NCBI GenBank assembly: GCA_964016885.1
Contig: OZ024745.1
Span: 104,718,001-104,782,000, forward strand
Source: Eledone cirrhosa
Lineage: Eukaryota
Reading direction: 5' to 3'
DNA length: 64,000 nt
Made by a program: the position numbers and the translations under genes. The notes beneath the pieces are model-generated. The model did no database searches, was not told the origin of the DNA, and saw only the letters and a program-made list of their open reading frames with translations. Shown here in pieces: positions 39,542-52,600 of the stretch; the stretch's first letter is position 1; each line of letters opens with the position of its first letter.

Positions 39542-42500
39542 ACAATCTGCCTTTCATTTTTAGAGAGAAACCTTTTGTGGCCAACAGCGGTATAAGCTCT
39601 CTGAACTTTTTCCATCCCGTTGTGACTCTGGCTTCTGTACTTTCAGAACACCCTCCACCACTGCTGATTTCGTCACCCAGGTAACGGAAAGTGTCCACTA
39701 TTTCTATGGAACCATCTGAGCAATAGAAGGAGTTAGTATCCTTTGGACACTTGCTACTTATTGCACCTGAACATTTGCCACATATAAAGTCTACGTTCTT
39801 AGATAGTTTACCTGTGATCCCACTACATCTTTTATGTACCCATACTTTGCATTTGGGACATAAAATGGAATTTCTGTCTACTCCTTTCCTGCACACTGAG
39901 CATGGCCATTTCCCTGAGGGCACCTGTGCCCTATTTTCCTTTTTACAAACTAGAACTTTAGTCTTAGACAAGTTAACTTTAAGGCCTTTTGATTCTAGAC
40001 CATGCTTCCATGTTTCGAATTTCTTCTCTAGTTCAGCCATTGATTCAGCTATGAGCGTTAGATCATCTGCGTATAGGAGTTCCCATAGGCAGCCGGTCTT
40101 GAACTCCTCTGTTATAGCCTGAAGGGCAATAATAAATAAGAGGGGGATAAGGCCAGAGCCTTGATGAACGCCAACTTTTACACTAAATTCTTCACAAAAT
40201 TCATTGTTAATTCTAACCTTACTGGCTGTTTCATTATACATAGCTTGTATAGCTCTCACAAGCCATTCATCTACACCTAGTTTTCTAAGAGCCCACCAGA
40301 TAATGGAGCGGGGGACTCTGTCAAAAGCTTTCTCCAGGTCTACAAAAGCTAAGTAGAGGGGTTTACTTTTAGCTAGGTACTTCTCTTGTAGTTGTCGTAC
40401 AAGGAAAAGAGCGTCTGTGGTACTTTTACCTGACACAAACCCAAACTGCATTTCATCTAGATCAATTCGCTCTCTGATTAGTTGCGCTATAACTCTGTCT
40501 GTGACCTTCATGACCTGGTCAACTAACTTAATGCCTCTATAGTTCCCCCATCTAGAGCATCCCCTCTACCCTTGTAGCAGTTAATGATGCTGCTGCTACG
40601 CCAGTCTTTCGGTATGATCCCATTCTGTATTACTTGGTTAACTATACGGGTGACCATAGTGTGTCCCACTATACCAGATGCCTTCAACATCTCAGCAACT
40701 ATCTCCGAAGGCCCAGCTGCCTTGCCTGTCTTCATATCTTTGATTGCCTTACTTATTATACTACCTTTAACTTGCCCCACTGGTCCTTCTATTGGATCGA
40801 TTTGGGGCAGACTATCTTTTTCCCATTTATTCTCCTCATTTAATAGTCTCTCGTAGTGACACTTCCAGGCTATCTTCTTATCAGTATCAGTGAGCGCAAG
40901 TACACCATTACCATTACGGACACACTTCTCCCCGACAATATCACGGTTTTTCTTGACACATTGTCTAGCAATCCTGAACACCTCACTTTTTGGTCCTCAC
41001 ATTGTAGAACATGCTTGAACTTTCTATCCTCTGCTACCCTTTTTGCAAAGTACACTTGTCTCCTAGCTTCTCTCCTGGCCACTTGATAGTGCTCTCTACT
41101 TCCCCCATCCTGCCATACTTTCCAAGCCTGCTTTTGGCCTTGAGTGTCTCTTCCACCTTACTGTTCCACCACCAAGTTACTCTCCTCCTGTCAATAGGTC
41201 TGTTCCAGCCACAGATTTCATCCGTTGCTTTCAGCAGGTTCACTTTCAAGAATTTCCACTGTTCCTCTATATTGCACGTCTCTAATTGCTCTTCCTTATT
41301 GTCAAAGGCATCAAGTAATAAGCTTTTAAATTTGTCACTGGCTATGGGGTCCTTCAACTTCCATATTCTTCTCCTCAAGGTATGCCTCCTCTGTCGTCGA
41401 GTACGTCTATTCCTGACTATGAGGTCAGTAACTACTAGGCTATGTTGGGAGGTGCATTCTTCACTGGGGAGGGATTTAGTGTTTACAACAGACATTTTGT
41501 CCCGTCTTCTAGTAAGGATATAATCTATCTGGCTGGCGTATTCCCCTGATCTATAGGTGATCAAGTGGTTTTCACGTTTTTTGAAGTTTGTGTTACAGAT
41601 AGTTAGGTTATTAGCGTCACAGAATTCCAGGATTCTGAATCCCTCCTCATTTCTATTTCCAACCCCATAGCCTCCATGGATTCCATCATAGCCATCACTA
41701 TGTTGTCCAATGTGACCGTTTAGATCGCCAGCAATAATTAAGTAGTCACTGTCGGTTATTTGGGAGGTAGTGTGCATTAGCATCTCATAGAACCTGTCCT
41801 TTATAACGCCAGGTAGACCAGATTGGGGTGCACAAGCAGATATTATTGTCACAGTAGTTCTATTTAGAACTAGTCTTAATTCTGTCATTCACTCTATTTA
41901 CGTCGATTACCTTATCTACCCATTTTTCAGCTAACATAATTCCTACACCACCCTGTCCGTTGTCATTTCCCACCCAGAAAAGTTTATAGCATCGTTTTTT
42001 TACCCACGATGAATCTGGCAGACCCACCTCTCCACTTAGTCTATTGAATACAACAAACATCAACTTCTTTACGTTCAAGCATCTCTACAACCTCATTTGA
42101 GCGACCTTTCAATGTGCCTACGTTCATGGTACCAACTCTGAAGTTGCGAGGGTGGGATGGATGGGTTGGAGGGACAGGGAGGGGTGTGGGAGACGGGATT
42201 TTGTTGGTCATCTGTGTCTGAAATAAAGAGGGGTCCTTGTATTCTCATCTTGCAGCGGGAGGTGAATTTATCTTTATCTATGACATTGTCATTGAGTGCT
42301 TAGACTTTTCAAATTTCTGCAGTCAACCCATCAAACAGGTCTAAACTTAAGGAGTAGTAACCGGGGTGGTAGCTTTGCTATACTAATTTGTTAGAGAACT
42401 TACTAAAGCCGCTGAGTTATGATTGGACCATATAGGAATGGTGGTGTGTGGGGGTGGGAGGGCGAGTAATGGTGGTGTGTGGGGGTGGGAGGGCGGGAAA

Positions 42501-42600
42501 TGGATGACTTTAGGAGAAGTTTAGTTTTTAGGAAGGGTCCAACAGATTGAGAGGAGAAGTTTAGTTTTTAGGAAGGGTCCAACAGATTGAGACATATTTA
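39542..42600 (-). mobile_element. Near full-length RTE-clade LINE (APE endonuclease + RT), frameshifted, 3' end missing
   Basis: APE motifs (TMNVGTL near 42120, GDLNGHIG, SQIDYIL, SQHSLV) and RT motifs (QFGF, FVDLEKAFDRV, GVHQGS, LLYADD, FRYLG) across ORFs 41860-42078, 41034-41888, 40523-40981 and 39537-40511. Confidence 0.95.
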
Positions 42601-42611
42601 AAAACATGTAA

Positions 42612-42800
42612 AATAATTGTTTCTACTTTAGGCACAAGACCAGCAATTACCCAGTGCATTACTGGTACTTTATTTTATTGACCCCGTAAGGATGAAAGGC
42701 AAAGTCAACCTCGGCGGGATTTGAACTCAGATCGTAAAGGGACGTAACTATGCTGAAAAGCATGGCGTCCGACCCTCTACTGATACTGCCAATCCACCGT
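42612..42800 (-). mobile_element. Meta-like tRNA SINE, full length
   Basis: Near identical to 50941-51125. Confidence 0.9.
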
Positions 42801-43828
42801 GTAAAATAATAATTTAAAATCAGAGAGGAAAACGGAGAATTCGAATTTTAGAGTGGTATAAATAACATTTTAAAACATTGCTTAATTGAGGAGACTACGG
42901 AAATAAAGAAAAGAGAGGTTTTGCTTACATTCTCAAAATCGACAGATCGCCCGTAGGATAGTTTGATAGATACATTCTGTCGTTGGGAGCCAGCAAGATT
43001 TATTTTATACTTGCGATCAAGCAGGGGGGGGGGGGGGCATATATATATACATATATATACACACAAACAAGCCCTTTCCCTACAGTGGGTGTACGTACAC
43101 ACACACACTGGCTCATATACACTCTTACAAATATGCACCTATTACCTACAGGCCCACGCATGTCTACAAAGATACATACATACATATATCTGTCTATACA
43201 CAAATATGATATACACACAAAGTCATATAAGGCTACACAATGGGTCATACAAAGGGTCATACATGAAAGGATGCATCTTGTTATACAGACCAGAATCAGA
43301 CAGATCCACACAATGATCATGTCTTGAGCTGTCTGCCGGCGAAACAATTGTAACACAATAAATTGAGTTCAGATGCATCACTGATTTTTCGTTTTATATT
43401 ATATACATATAAATATATATACATATATACGCCGACCTTACCCAATTACACCTCTCAAAGACAATGACACACGACCGTGACTTCTGGCGTCACGCAGTAA
43501 TACAGAGTACCCGACCTCCCATGGGTACATGCCGAAGCATATAAACAATATGCCCCCCCCCCCCACCGCAAGGTGGTCGTGGAGGTGCCACGGCAAAAAA
43601 GCACCCAGCCCACACTGTAAAGTGGACGTGTAGGCGCCACGAAAAAGCGCCCAGCACTCACTGTAAATGAGGTTGGTGTTAGGAAGGGCATCCAGCTGTA
43701 GAAATCAAGCCAGATCAGTTCCTGTATGAGCAAGGCATGGTCAGCCGACCAGACACTGCACACAACAGGAAAACCCGTCTAACCCATGCTAGCGTGGAAG
43801 AACGGACGTAAAACGGTGATGATGATGC

Positions 43829-43894
<66 letters not shown>

Positions 43895-44120
43895 CCTATC
43901 TTCGGTTTGCTTTTATCCTTCTATGTTGTTTACTTGTCTCACTCGCTTTACGCGATTCACTTGTCCCAATAGCTTATTTTAGTTATTGCTCGCACCAACC
44001 TGAGGTATATGATTTTTAATGCGATGAAATACCAATGATGGTTGGCAAATCACTGACGAGGGACTTATTTTATAATATGTAACCCATGTGCAACCACGCA
44101 GTATTCCTCTTTCTTCTCAT

Positions 44121-44171
<51 letters not shown>

Positions 44172-44172
44172 C

Positions 44173-44326
<154 letters not shown>

Positions 44327-44330
44327 CTAT

Positions 44331-44968
44331 CTAAGGCGGGTAAAATTTCCGAGATCCATGGACGAGTTCTCTCCAGCGGTCTCTGTCCCTCATTATCGCT
44401 GCCATGTCCTGCATCTCCAACAGACCAGTGTCTGTCCTTAGGACATCAACATACGTTAACCTTGGTCTTCCTCTTCTAGTGTGTCCATGTAGGGGCTCCC
44501 ACAGGAGCACTGAGTGCAATGTCAACTCTGGATGTCGGTGAGCATGTCCAGCTAACCTCAGTCTCCTCTGTGTCACTTTTGAGCTGACTTTTGGGATGCT
44601 CCCATACAGCTTTGAGTTTTTCATCCTCAGTGTATACTGATTAATGTTCAGAGCCATCCTCAGCATTCTCGTGTAGCACCTATCCACCATCTGAGTGAGT
44701 TTCTTGGTCAGTGTCCAAGTCTCAGACCCGTACAGTATCACAGACTCCACTACAGCAATGAAGAGGCAGATTTTCAGGTCTTTACGAAGATCCGACTTCC
44801 ACACCGATCTCAAGCTGTGGAACGCCGCCCAGGCTTTGCTCTTCCTCTCAACCACATCATCTTCCGTATTCCCAATCTTTGCTCCTAAATACAGGAAGCC
44901 CTCAACCAATTCTAGCGGCTTCCCGCCTACATTAGTGATCCCCTCTGACTTCTCAACATTCTCTACCA
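44331..44968 (-). mobile_element. RTE/RTEX-like LINE 3' fragment inserted in (TA)n
   Basis: FLYLG, ESVILYGSETWTL, RRLRLAGH and RGRPRLTY in an open frame ending at 44331. Confidence 0.88.
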
Positions 44969-44981
44969 TATATATATATAC

Positions 44982-45067
<86 letters not shown>

Positions 45068-45096
45068 ATATATATATATATACACACATATATATA

Positions 45097-46420
45097 TACA
45101 ACAATTTCGACATCACCATGGGTTCGTCAGATTCAGCTCAACTGACTGACTTGGTTGGAATTTTCACTCTTTAAACCGAAAAATTCCTCAACTTTGCGGT
45201 GGAATTTATCGCGATGATGCTCTTTTTACTGTCTCTAATTGTAACAAAATAAACTTTAATATTAAGAAAAATATACTTAAAAATTCGAATCTAATGCCAA
45301 CTATTATAATAATGCGCTATCTAGGGCTGGATATCCAGACAAAATTAGGTCTACTAAGGAAACTAATCTTGGCAGAGCTTATAGTAACTCTATTAATGTA
45401 GCTAGTAATAATCATACCACTAACAAAAGGAGGAGACCTAGATATAAAAATATCCTTTGGTACAACGCTCCCTTCTCTCTTTCCGTTATTAATAATATCC
45501 CTAAATTATTTTTTAGGGATTTATATAACAGCTTCCTTCCTTCACATATATATAGCAAGATTTTCAATAAGCATACTATTAAATTCTCATATTCTACTAC
45601 CTCGAACATTTCTAATATTATCTCAAGACATAATTCTAAAATATTAAAGAATAACTCATATGCATCCAACCATGAGAGTCATAATAATAACACTATAAGG
45701 CCCGACGTCAATGTAAACTCTAGGCAAAATAACACAAGTATAAATACGACGTCAAACGTAACTTTGAGGAATGCTTCAAATAGTAATGTAAATCTGGAAA
45801 CTTTAGCACCTCCTTTAGTTAATTCCACCACTCCAGTTCCTAATATAATTAACCCTGGGCCACTTGCCAATAACACTGTAAATAATCTTAATCGTAAATG
45901 CAACTGCCCTATTAGAACTAATTGTCCTCTTAGTAATTTTTGTCTCGATAAAAACCTAGTATACGAATGTAAAGTGGTAACTAGTACAATACCTATACCT
46001 ACATTGACTCTACTTCTACCTCTTTTAAAGCAAGATTCTATAATCATTCTTCTACATTTAAATATCCACTTAAAAGGACCAGCACCGCACTCTCAGAACT
46101 TATTTGGTCCTTAAAAGACAAACACATTAATTACGAAATTTCTTGGCGTAAAATCTACAACGCATCTCCATACTCCAATGCTTCCATATCTAGTGTTTGT
46201 AATTTATGTATAGTTGAAAAATTTACCATTATCTCGAATTTCAACTCTATAATAAATAAAATAACAGATTTATTTGGTCTTTGCAATCATAAATCCTTCA
46301 AGACCTTTCACAAAGTATATAGCTTTGTCCTATAACATATTCCACGAATAACGGTTAATGTTTTATACATATTTTTTACACATATTTCATTATATTCTAC
46401 AATGTATTAATTTAGTTTAG
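45097..46420 (+). mobile_element. Degraded Naiad-type Penelope-like element (RT + GIY-YIG)
   Basis: [49 protein letters not shown] and CNLCIVEK; frameshifted. Confidence 0.88.
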
Positions 46421-46477
46421 TAAAAGCATTTTAGATAGGATTATACCTGAAACTAGAAGTTTGGCCCCTCTTGCACT

Positions 46478-47290
46478 GTGGAACAATTCTTTCGCGGTGA
46501 TTGATTGGTTCAACAGCATATGTAACAAGGAACATTGCCGTTTTATCCAATTCGACATCAATAATTACTACTCCTCCATCACTTTACCACTTCTCCTTAG
46601 AGCTATCAATTTCGCTAAAACACTCACAGTGGTTAAGGATTTCGAAGTTGATGTCATCCTCAATGCCCGTAAATCGGTGATTATTTTCGACGACTCTATT
46701 TGGATTAAAAAATCTAATAGTACCCCATTCGACGTGAGTATGGGCGCCAACGATTCTGCGGAGGTTACTGATCTTATCGGCCTTTTCCTTCTTTTCTCTA
46801 TCAAGGAAGAATTCCCCAACGTGGGCGGTGGTTTGTACTGTGATGACGGTCTTTTGACCATGACAAAGTGCGGCCCACGTGCTTGCGACAGGTTCAGAAA
46901 AGAACTCACAGCCTTCTTTAAAGGCTTCAACCTCTCCATACAGGTTGAGGCCAACCTCTCGGTCGTTAATTACCTCGACGTTACCCTCGATTTGTCGAAT
47001 GGCTTGCACTACCCGTATAGAAAGCCGATTAATTTCATAAGTAAGCATTCTAACCATCCTGCCAGCATAACCAAGATCCTGGTAAGAAACGTTTCTTTGA
47101 GGCTTTCCCGTCTATCTACAAACGAGCATATTTTCAACGACCATTCCATATATTACAATGAAGCTCTTGTTTGGAGTGGATTTGTCGATAAGGTAGCTTA
47201 TACAGAGTACGAGAATAAACCTAGGAAAAATAGATCCCGACGCACGGCGACCAAGAAGATGTCATCATTGTTTACGATGGACAACCAAGA
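46478..47290 (+). mobile_element. Naiad-type PLE reverse-transcriptase fragment (different subfamily)
   Basis: FIQFDINNYYSSI, FDVSMGANDSAEVTDLIG, GLYCDDGL, VNYLDVTLDL and SNHP in ORF 46461-47408. Confidence 0.9.
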
Positions 47291-47312
47291 GATATATATA
47301 TATGTATACATA

Positions 47313-47400
<88 letters not shown>

Positions 47401-48985
47401 CGGGATAATAGGTTATCGTTATAGGCAGTCCACTTAGATGTAGTCCAGTTAAAGTACTCTGTGTTGTGGATGATATTAACGTATGGCTTAGTTTGACTCA
47501 ACAAGACGTTTCCATAGTGATGTTGCGAGTTCGCGGTGATTTCTATGTAGGTTATACTTGGAGTAATAATAATTCAAGAAAGAAGAGTGACATGGTTGGC
47601 TATACAATAAGGGCTTTATTCACATTGCTGACAATTGTTTCTTTGATCTGGTAGGTCTAGAGTTCGCTAATCGCTTGATGTTGCGTCAATCGATCTCCAA
47701 TACTTTGTTTATAACCAGTCGTTTCACCAGAGCGTGTGGAAGTGAGGAAAATACGCAAGGCATGGCGTTTATAGAGGAGTGGTGTTAAACCAGAACAATA
47801 ATATCAATAATAAAATAACTAGATACTGAATAGTTAAAATAATAACATTAATATAAGTAAGAAATAGAGTGTAATGATAAATCTAGCATATTAAACGAAC
47901 TGATATGATACAGATGTATGAAATTGACATGTGAAAACTACTATAGGGTACATTAGATGTAGTATTAAAGTGGTGAAGAGATAACTGGTAAAATGTACTT
48001 GGAGTCAGGATTTAGGAGTAATTATGAGGGATATAAGTGTGCTGTAGGTCTAAAAGCACACTAGCAATAAACCGGAGATTGATTTATAGTTTGACAGATA
48101 AGTATTTCCGTTGTATCAACTTAGTGAGATTGATAGAGTGGGTGTATAGAGGTATGTGGTTCTTATGTGGTATTAAGTGAAGTTGTAGATTCGGTATTTA
48201 AAGGTTTAGGTGGCCTATTCTAAAAGTTGGGATTGTTAGTTTGAATCATGGGGGTTTAGTTTTCACAACATCAATGACAAATAGTGTATAAATAAGACAA
48301 TAATAACAACAATAAAAGTAATAAAAACAATAAAATATGCATGGTAAATAGAGAGAACATGATGAATAAAATTAGGGATACATTGAGATGATCATAATAA
48401 TAAAAATAAGAAAATAAGATTTCAAGGAGTGTAGGAGTAATAAGATAATGTACTTAGAATTAAGTTCATCTGTTAGAGATCATGAGTGCTAATATGAGAT
48501 ATGTAGATATAATTGTTTGGTCCGAAAGAATAAACAACTACAAAGATGGGATTGATTTATGGGCTGACAAGATAATTGTAGACATTACTGCCCCATCCTG
48601 GTGGTATATATGTAGGGAGGCTAGAAGGTGTTTATAGAAGATTATGGTTCTGAAGTGGGCTGTGTGAGAATGCGGATTTCATATGTTAAATGCTAAGTGA
48701 TTTTCCATTAATATAGGGGATGCTGGTTCGAATCACGGTGGTTTAAATCTCGTAAATTTAGTACCAATCCATTGACCTTTCTATTTTGCTGTTGAGTAGC
48801 ATTTTATCGTACCTTAAGATATGTAGCAATTCAAGGTTGTAGAGCCCGCAATGGGACATACCGCTGCTATAGGCCTTTGCGGCCGCTAATTTCGACCAGC
48901 TAATATTGTAATCAAGATTTTTGTCCTTAAGTTGCCAGATTTTATTGGCAAGGGTTGTAGAATTTACCAGTGCACGGTTCTTCAA
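47401..48985 (-). mobile_element. PLE 3' portion (GIY-YIG C-terminus plus long 3' UTR)
   Basis: ORF 48758-48985 (STTLANKIWQLKDKNLDYNISW..AYSSG..CGL) aligns to the endonuclease end in 59018-60307. The UTR extent is inferred from the (TA)n boundary. Confidence 0.7.
47627..47733 (-). ncRNA. Candidate degenerate hammerhead with very long stem II
   Basis: Minus strand reads GCT-CTGGTGA-(~82 nt, CTGGT/ACCAG)-GAAA-CAATTG-TC-AGC; the core has A6>G. Confidence 0.4.
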
Positions 48986-48989
48986 CTCT

Positions 48990-50115
48990 ATAATAAATAG
49001 ACGTACAGATTTATTTGGTCTTTGTAATCATAAATCCTTCAAGACCTTCCACAAAGTATATAACTAATGCCCTATAACATATTCCACGAATAAGGGTTAA
49101 TTTTTTACACATATATATTTTTTTACACATATATTTTTTTCACACATTTTTTTCACACATATTTCATTATATTCTACAATGTATTAATTCAGTTTTCTCA
49201 GAATATTTTAAGCCTTTCACCTTTTTCTCTATAACCTTAAATTTTCGTTCAAACCTTCTTAGATTTTGTAAACAAACTATGACGTCATATGTTTTTCTAC
49301 GTTTATAAATCATTCTAGCAATTTCCTTCATTTACTTGTTCATATAAAATATTAATTAAATAGTATACCCCACATATATAGATTTTTAATAGAAATTTTT
49401 AATTTTGACATAGATAGACTATTCTTATTTTTATTTTTTTTATTCTATCTTATTTTATTTTATTTTATTTTAAAAACCTTTTTTAATTATTAATTTTTAA
49501 TTTTTAATTTTTAATATTTGATTTCTGATTTTCGATTTTTAACTTTTAATTTTTAGTTCTAATTTCCAACTCTCATTCATAACTTCCACTGTGAAACCAT
49601 GATACCTAGAATTAAGTATATTTTCTCTTAGAGGTTGATGGTCAATTATACTGTCCATGCTTAATGAGGGGTAGTATTGAGACCTATTGATACTCACACT
49701 CTCCCATCCCCACTGGCTTTCGGCTAAACTGCAACTGACGGGGTGGCTAGCAGAAAGCTATATATAACAGGCCTGAATGGGCCATTGTTTGTTTGAGAGG
49801 GGGAACTGATTAGGCGAATTTTGTTGAAATCGGCGGTAGCTAATGGTCAACTTCGGACCTGCGCCTGCGCAGACCGGTGGGAGTGAATTGGTACTCACAA
49901 GGGAACGGATGAAGAACCCAAGAGCACACACTTTGTCTGTTCCCATGTCGATTCAATTTGGATTGCCTCGGAAACATAACCTTATTATGTAACAAGCTGT
50001 CTGATGATGTCGCGTCACTGGCGCACGGAACAGTGTGGCCACTGTCGCATTGAAATATATATCACACCATTATTATTAAAGGACTTGAACATCTGAAACT
50101 ACTTTGCTTTCCCTT

Positions 50116-50120
<5 letters not shown>
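48990..50120 (+). mobile_element. PLE 3' end/UTR of the 45097-46420 family
   Basis: 48990-49195 matches 46255-46420 (ACAGATTTATTTGGTCTTTG.AATCATAAATCCTTCAAGACC...). It ends with an HHR and a short tail at (TA)n. Confidence 0.8.
49996..50068 (+). ncRNA. Hammerhead ribozyme with branched stem II
   Basis: GCTGT-CTGATGA (50001), hairpins GCGTCA/TGGCGC and ACAGTG/CACTGT, GAAA (50052), TATATA-TC, ACACC. AUC site; stem I is short. Confidence 0.65.
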
Positions 50121-50167
<47 letters not shown>

Positions 50168-50177
50168 TATACATATA

Positions 50178-50351
<174 letters not shown>

Positions 50352-50674
50352 CATATATATACATATATATGTGTATATATATATATATATATACATATAT
50401 ATACATATATATGTGTATATATATATATATACATATATATACATATATATGTGTATATATATATATATACATATATATACATATATATGTGTATATATAT
50501 ATATATATATATACATATATATACATATATATGTGTATATATATGGAAAGTTATATTTAAATTGTTGGGTTACAACTAGTAAATATTTATAACTGATATA
50601 AAAGCACTCGACAAATATTTGGAGTATATTTACAATATTAAATAAATGGAAACTATATTTATAAAACCATATTT

Positions 50675-50738
50675 ATTTCATTATATATATTTCAGGGATA
50701 TCATATTAACAATATGCTATGCCTTCCTCAGACAAAAT
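50675..50738 (-). ncRNA. Type I minimal hammerhead ribozyme
   Basis: Minus strand reads ATTTTGT-CTGAGGA-AGGCATAGCATATTGTTAATATGATATCCCT-GAAA-TATATA-TA-ATGAAAT. Confidence 0.8.
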
Positions 50739-50940
50739 ACAATATAAACAGTTTTATAGATAAATAGATTTGACATACCGTAACAACATCGACTTGTATT
50801 TGAAAAATCAACCTTTTCAAATACAAGTCGATCTTGTTACGGTATGTCGAATCTATTTATCTATAAAACTGTTTATATTGTATTTTGTCTGAGGAAGGCA
50901 TAGCATATTGTTAATATGATATCCCTGAAATATATATAAT

Positions 50941-51125
50941 TGTTTCTACTTTTGGCACAAGGCCAGCAATTACCCAGTGCATTACTGGTACTTTATTTTA
51001 TCGACCCCGTAAGGATGAAAGGCAAAGTCAACCTCGGCGGGATTTGAACTCAGATCGTAAAGGGACGTAACTATGCTTGAAAGCATGGCGTCCGACCCTC
51101 TACCGATACTGCCAATCCACCACCC
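50941..51125 (-). mobile_element. Meta-like tRNA SINE with TAAT target duplication
   Basis: Full-length copy; TAAT at 50937-50940 and 51126-51129. Confidence 0.9.
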
Positions 51126-51176
51126 TAATGAAATAAATATGGTTTTATAAATATAGTTTCCATTTATTTAATATTG

Positions 51177-51216
<40 letters not shown>

Positions 51217-51224
51217 TATACATA

Positions 51225-51256
<32 letters not shown>

Positions 51257-51486
51257 CATATATATACATATATATACATATATATGTGTATATATATATA
51301 TATGTATATATATACATACATATACAGTATATATGTGTATATATATGTATATATATATGCATATACAGTATATATGTATATATATATATATAACTGGAAA
51401 AGTATGTAAATAGTATTTATTTAGTTTCTGTATAAGAAATAAAAGAACAAAAAACAATAGTTAAATATGACTTTCAAAGAAAAAAG

Positions 51487-51725
51487 TGGTGATGATGATG
51501 GCGGTGGTGGTGGTGTTGGTAGTGGTCATGATGATGATGGTGGTAGTGTTGTTGGTGATGATGTTTGTGGTGTTGGTGGTGATGTTGGTTATGAAGGTGG
51601 TGTTGGTGGTCATGATGATGATGATGGTGGTGGTGTTGGTAGTGATGATGGTGGTAGTGTTGTTGGTGATGTTGGTGGTGATGTTGGTTATGTTGGTGGT
51701 GGTGATGGTGGTGGTGCTGGTGGTA
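51487..51725. repeat. (GGT/GAT)n low-complexity tract
   Basis: Read directly from the sequence. Confidence 0.9.
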
Positions 51726-52169
51726 GTCAGGTGGGGGCTGATAAGATTGCTTAAGTTAAATAAAGTACAAATAAGAATCTCTGAAGCATATAGTCAAATG
51801 TAGTGGCAGTATTCCTTATACTTGAATTCATAGAAAAATGAGAAACCTCAATGTTAAAACAGCCAAATGCTGTCAATGACAGCGTTGAGTAAAAATACCT
51901 CAAAATACAGAGATCAGTGGCTAGTGGTTGTTAGAGGGACAATCCACAAGAGGATATATAGAAATGATTGAGAGTGGAAGAGGACAATAAGAAGTGTGTT
52001 GGCACATAGAAGTGACCAGAAGAAGGAAATAAGGAAACGCAATGTACAAGATAAGTTCATACACACATCTTTAACCTCATCAGCTACAAGCCAGCAAAAT
52101 GGTCCTTTATTAACAAAGCTGTGATACATATTTCAATGGTGCTCATGGTTACTTGATTGTTCAATCATA

Positions 52170-52600
52170 TCATCATCATCATTCGGTGGCTTCAGCTGAA
52201 ATGGACTCAACAATTGATCTCCATGTGGGTCTGTCATTCATTGCCGTTGTCAAGTCCTGGATTTCAATACCAGAATCTCTGGAGATGACATCGAGACAGG
52301 AGAGCTTGCACTCCCTGTTATTAGTGACTGCTTGTGGTTTCCAAAGCACTAATGGGGACACAGCCTCATAGGTGGCACGATAGCAATGACCAGCAAATCT
52401 TACTCTCCATTTATGTACAATGACAGATATACATGGGAGGCCGGCATATATCTCTCTCAAAGTCACATGTTGCCAGCTTATGTTCTGAATGTGTTGAAGC
52501 AGGCGAGTGTAAGTGCCATCAAGGTGTTTTTATTGTTTGGCTGAAAGCTTCCATGTTTCACTTCCATATAGCAAGATTGGCTGAATTGTTACTTGGAATC
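52170..52600 (-). mobile_element. Degraded RTE/RTEX-like 3' fragment
   Basis: RVRFAGHCYR..LVLWKP..MNDRPTWR followed by a (GAT)n tail. Confidence 0.8.

Larger units (their letters stand above)
50545..51177. mobile_element. Second palindromic double-hammerhead Naiad derivative, right arm interrupted by a SINE
   Basis: Arms 50632-50806 and 50814-51177 (minus the SINE), loop ATCAACC, and an 87-nt tail at 50545-50631. CTGAGGA cores at 50725-50731(-) and 50889-50895(+). Confidence 0.9.

Noticed and set aside
43296-43355. CAGACAG/CTGTCTG stem followed by GAAACAATTGTA
   Set aside because: Looks like the 3' half of a hammerhead, but there is no CTGANGA core upstream.
44050-44110. CTGACGAGGG...CCC possible hammerhead
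   Set aside because: No GAAA or stem III follows.
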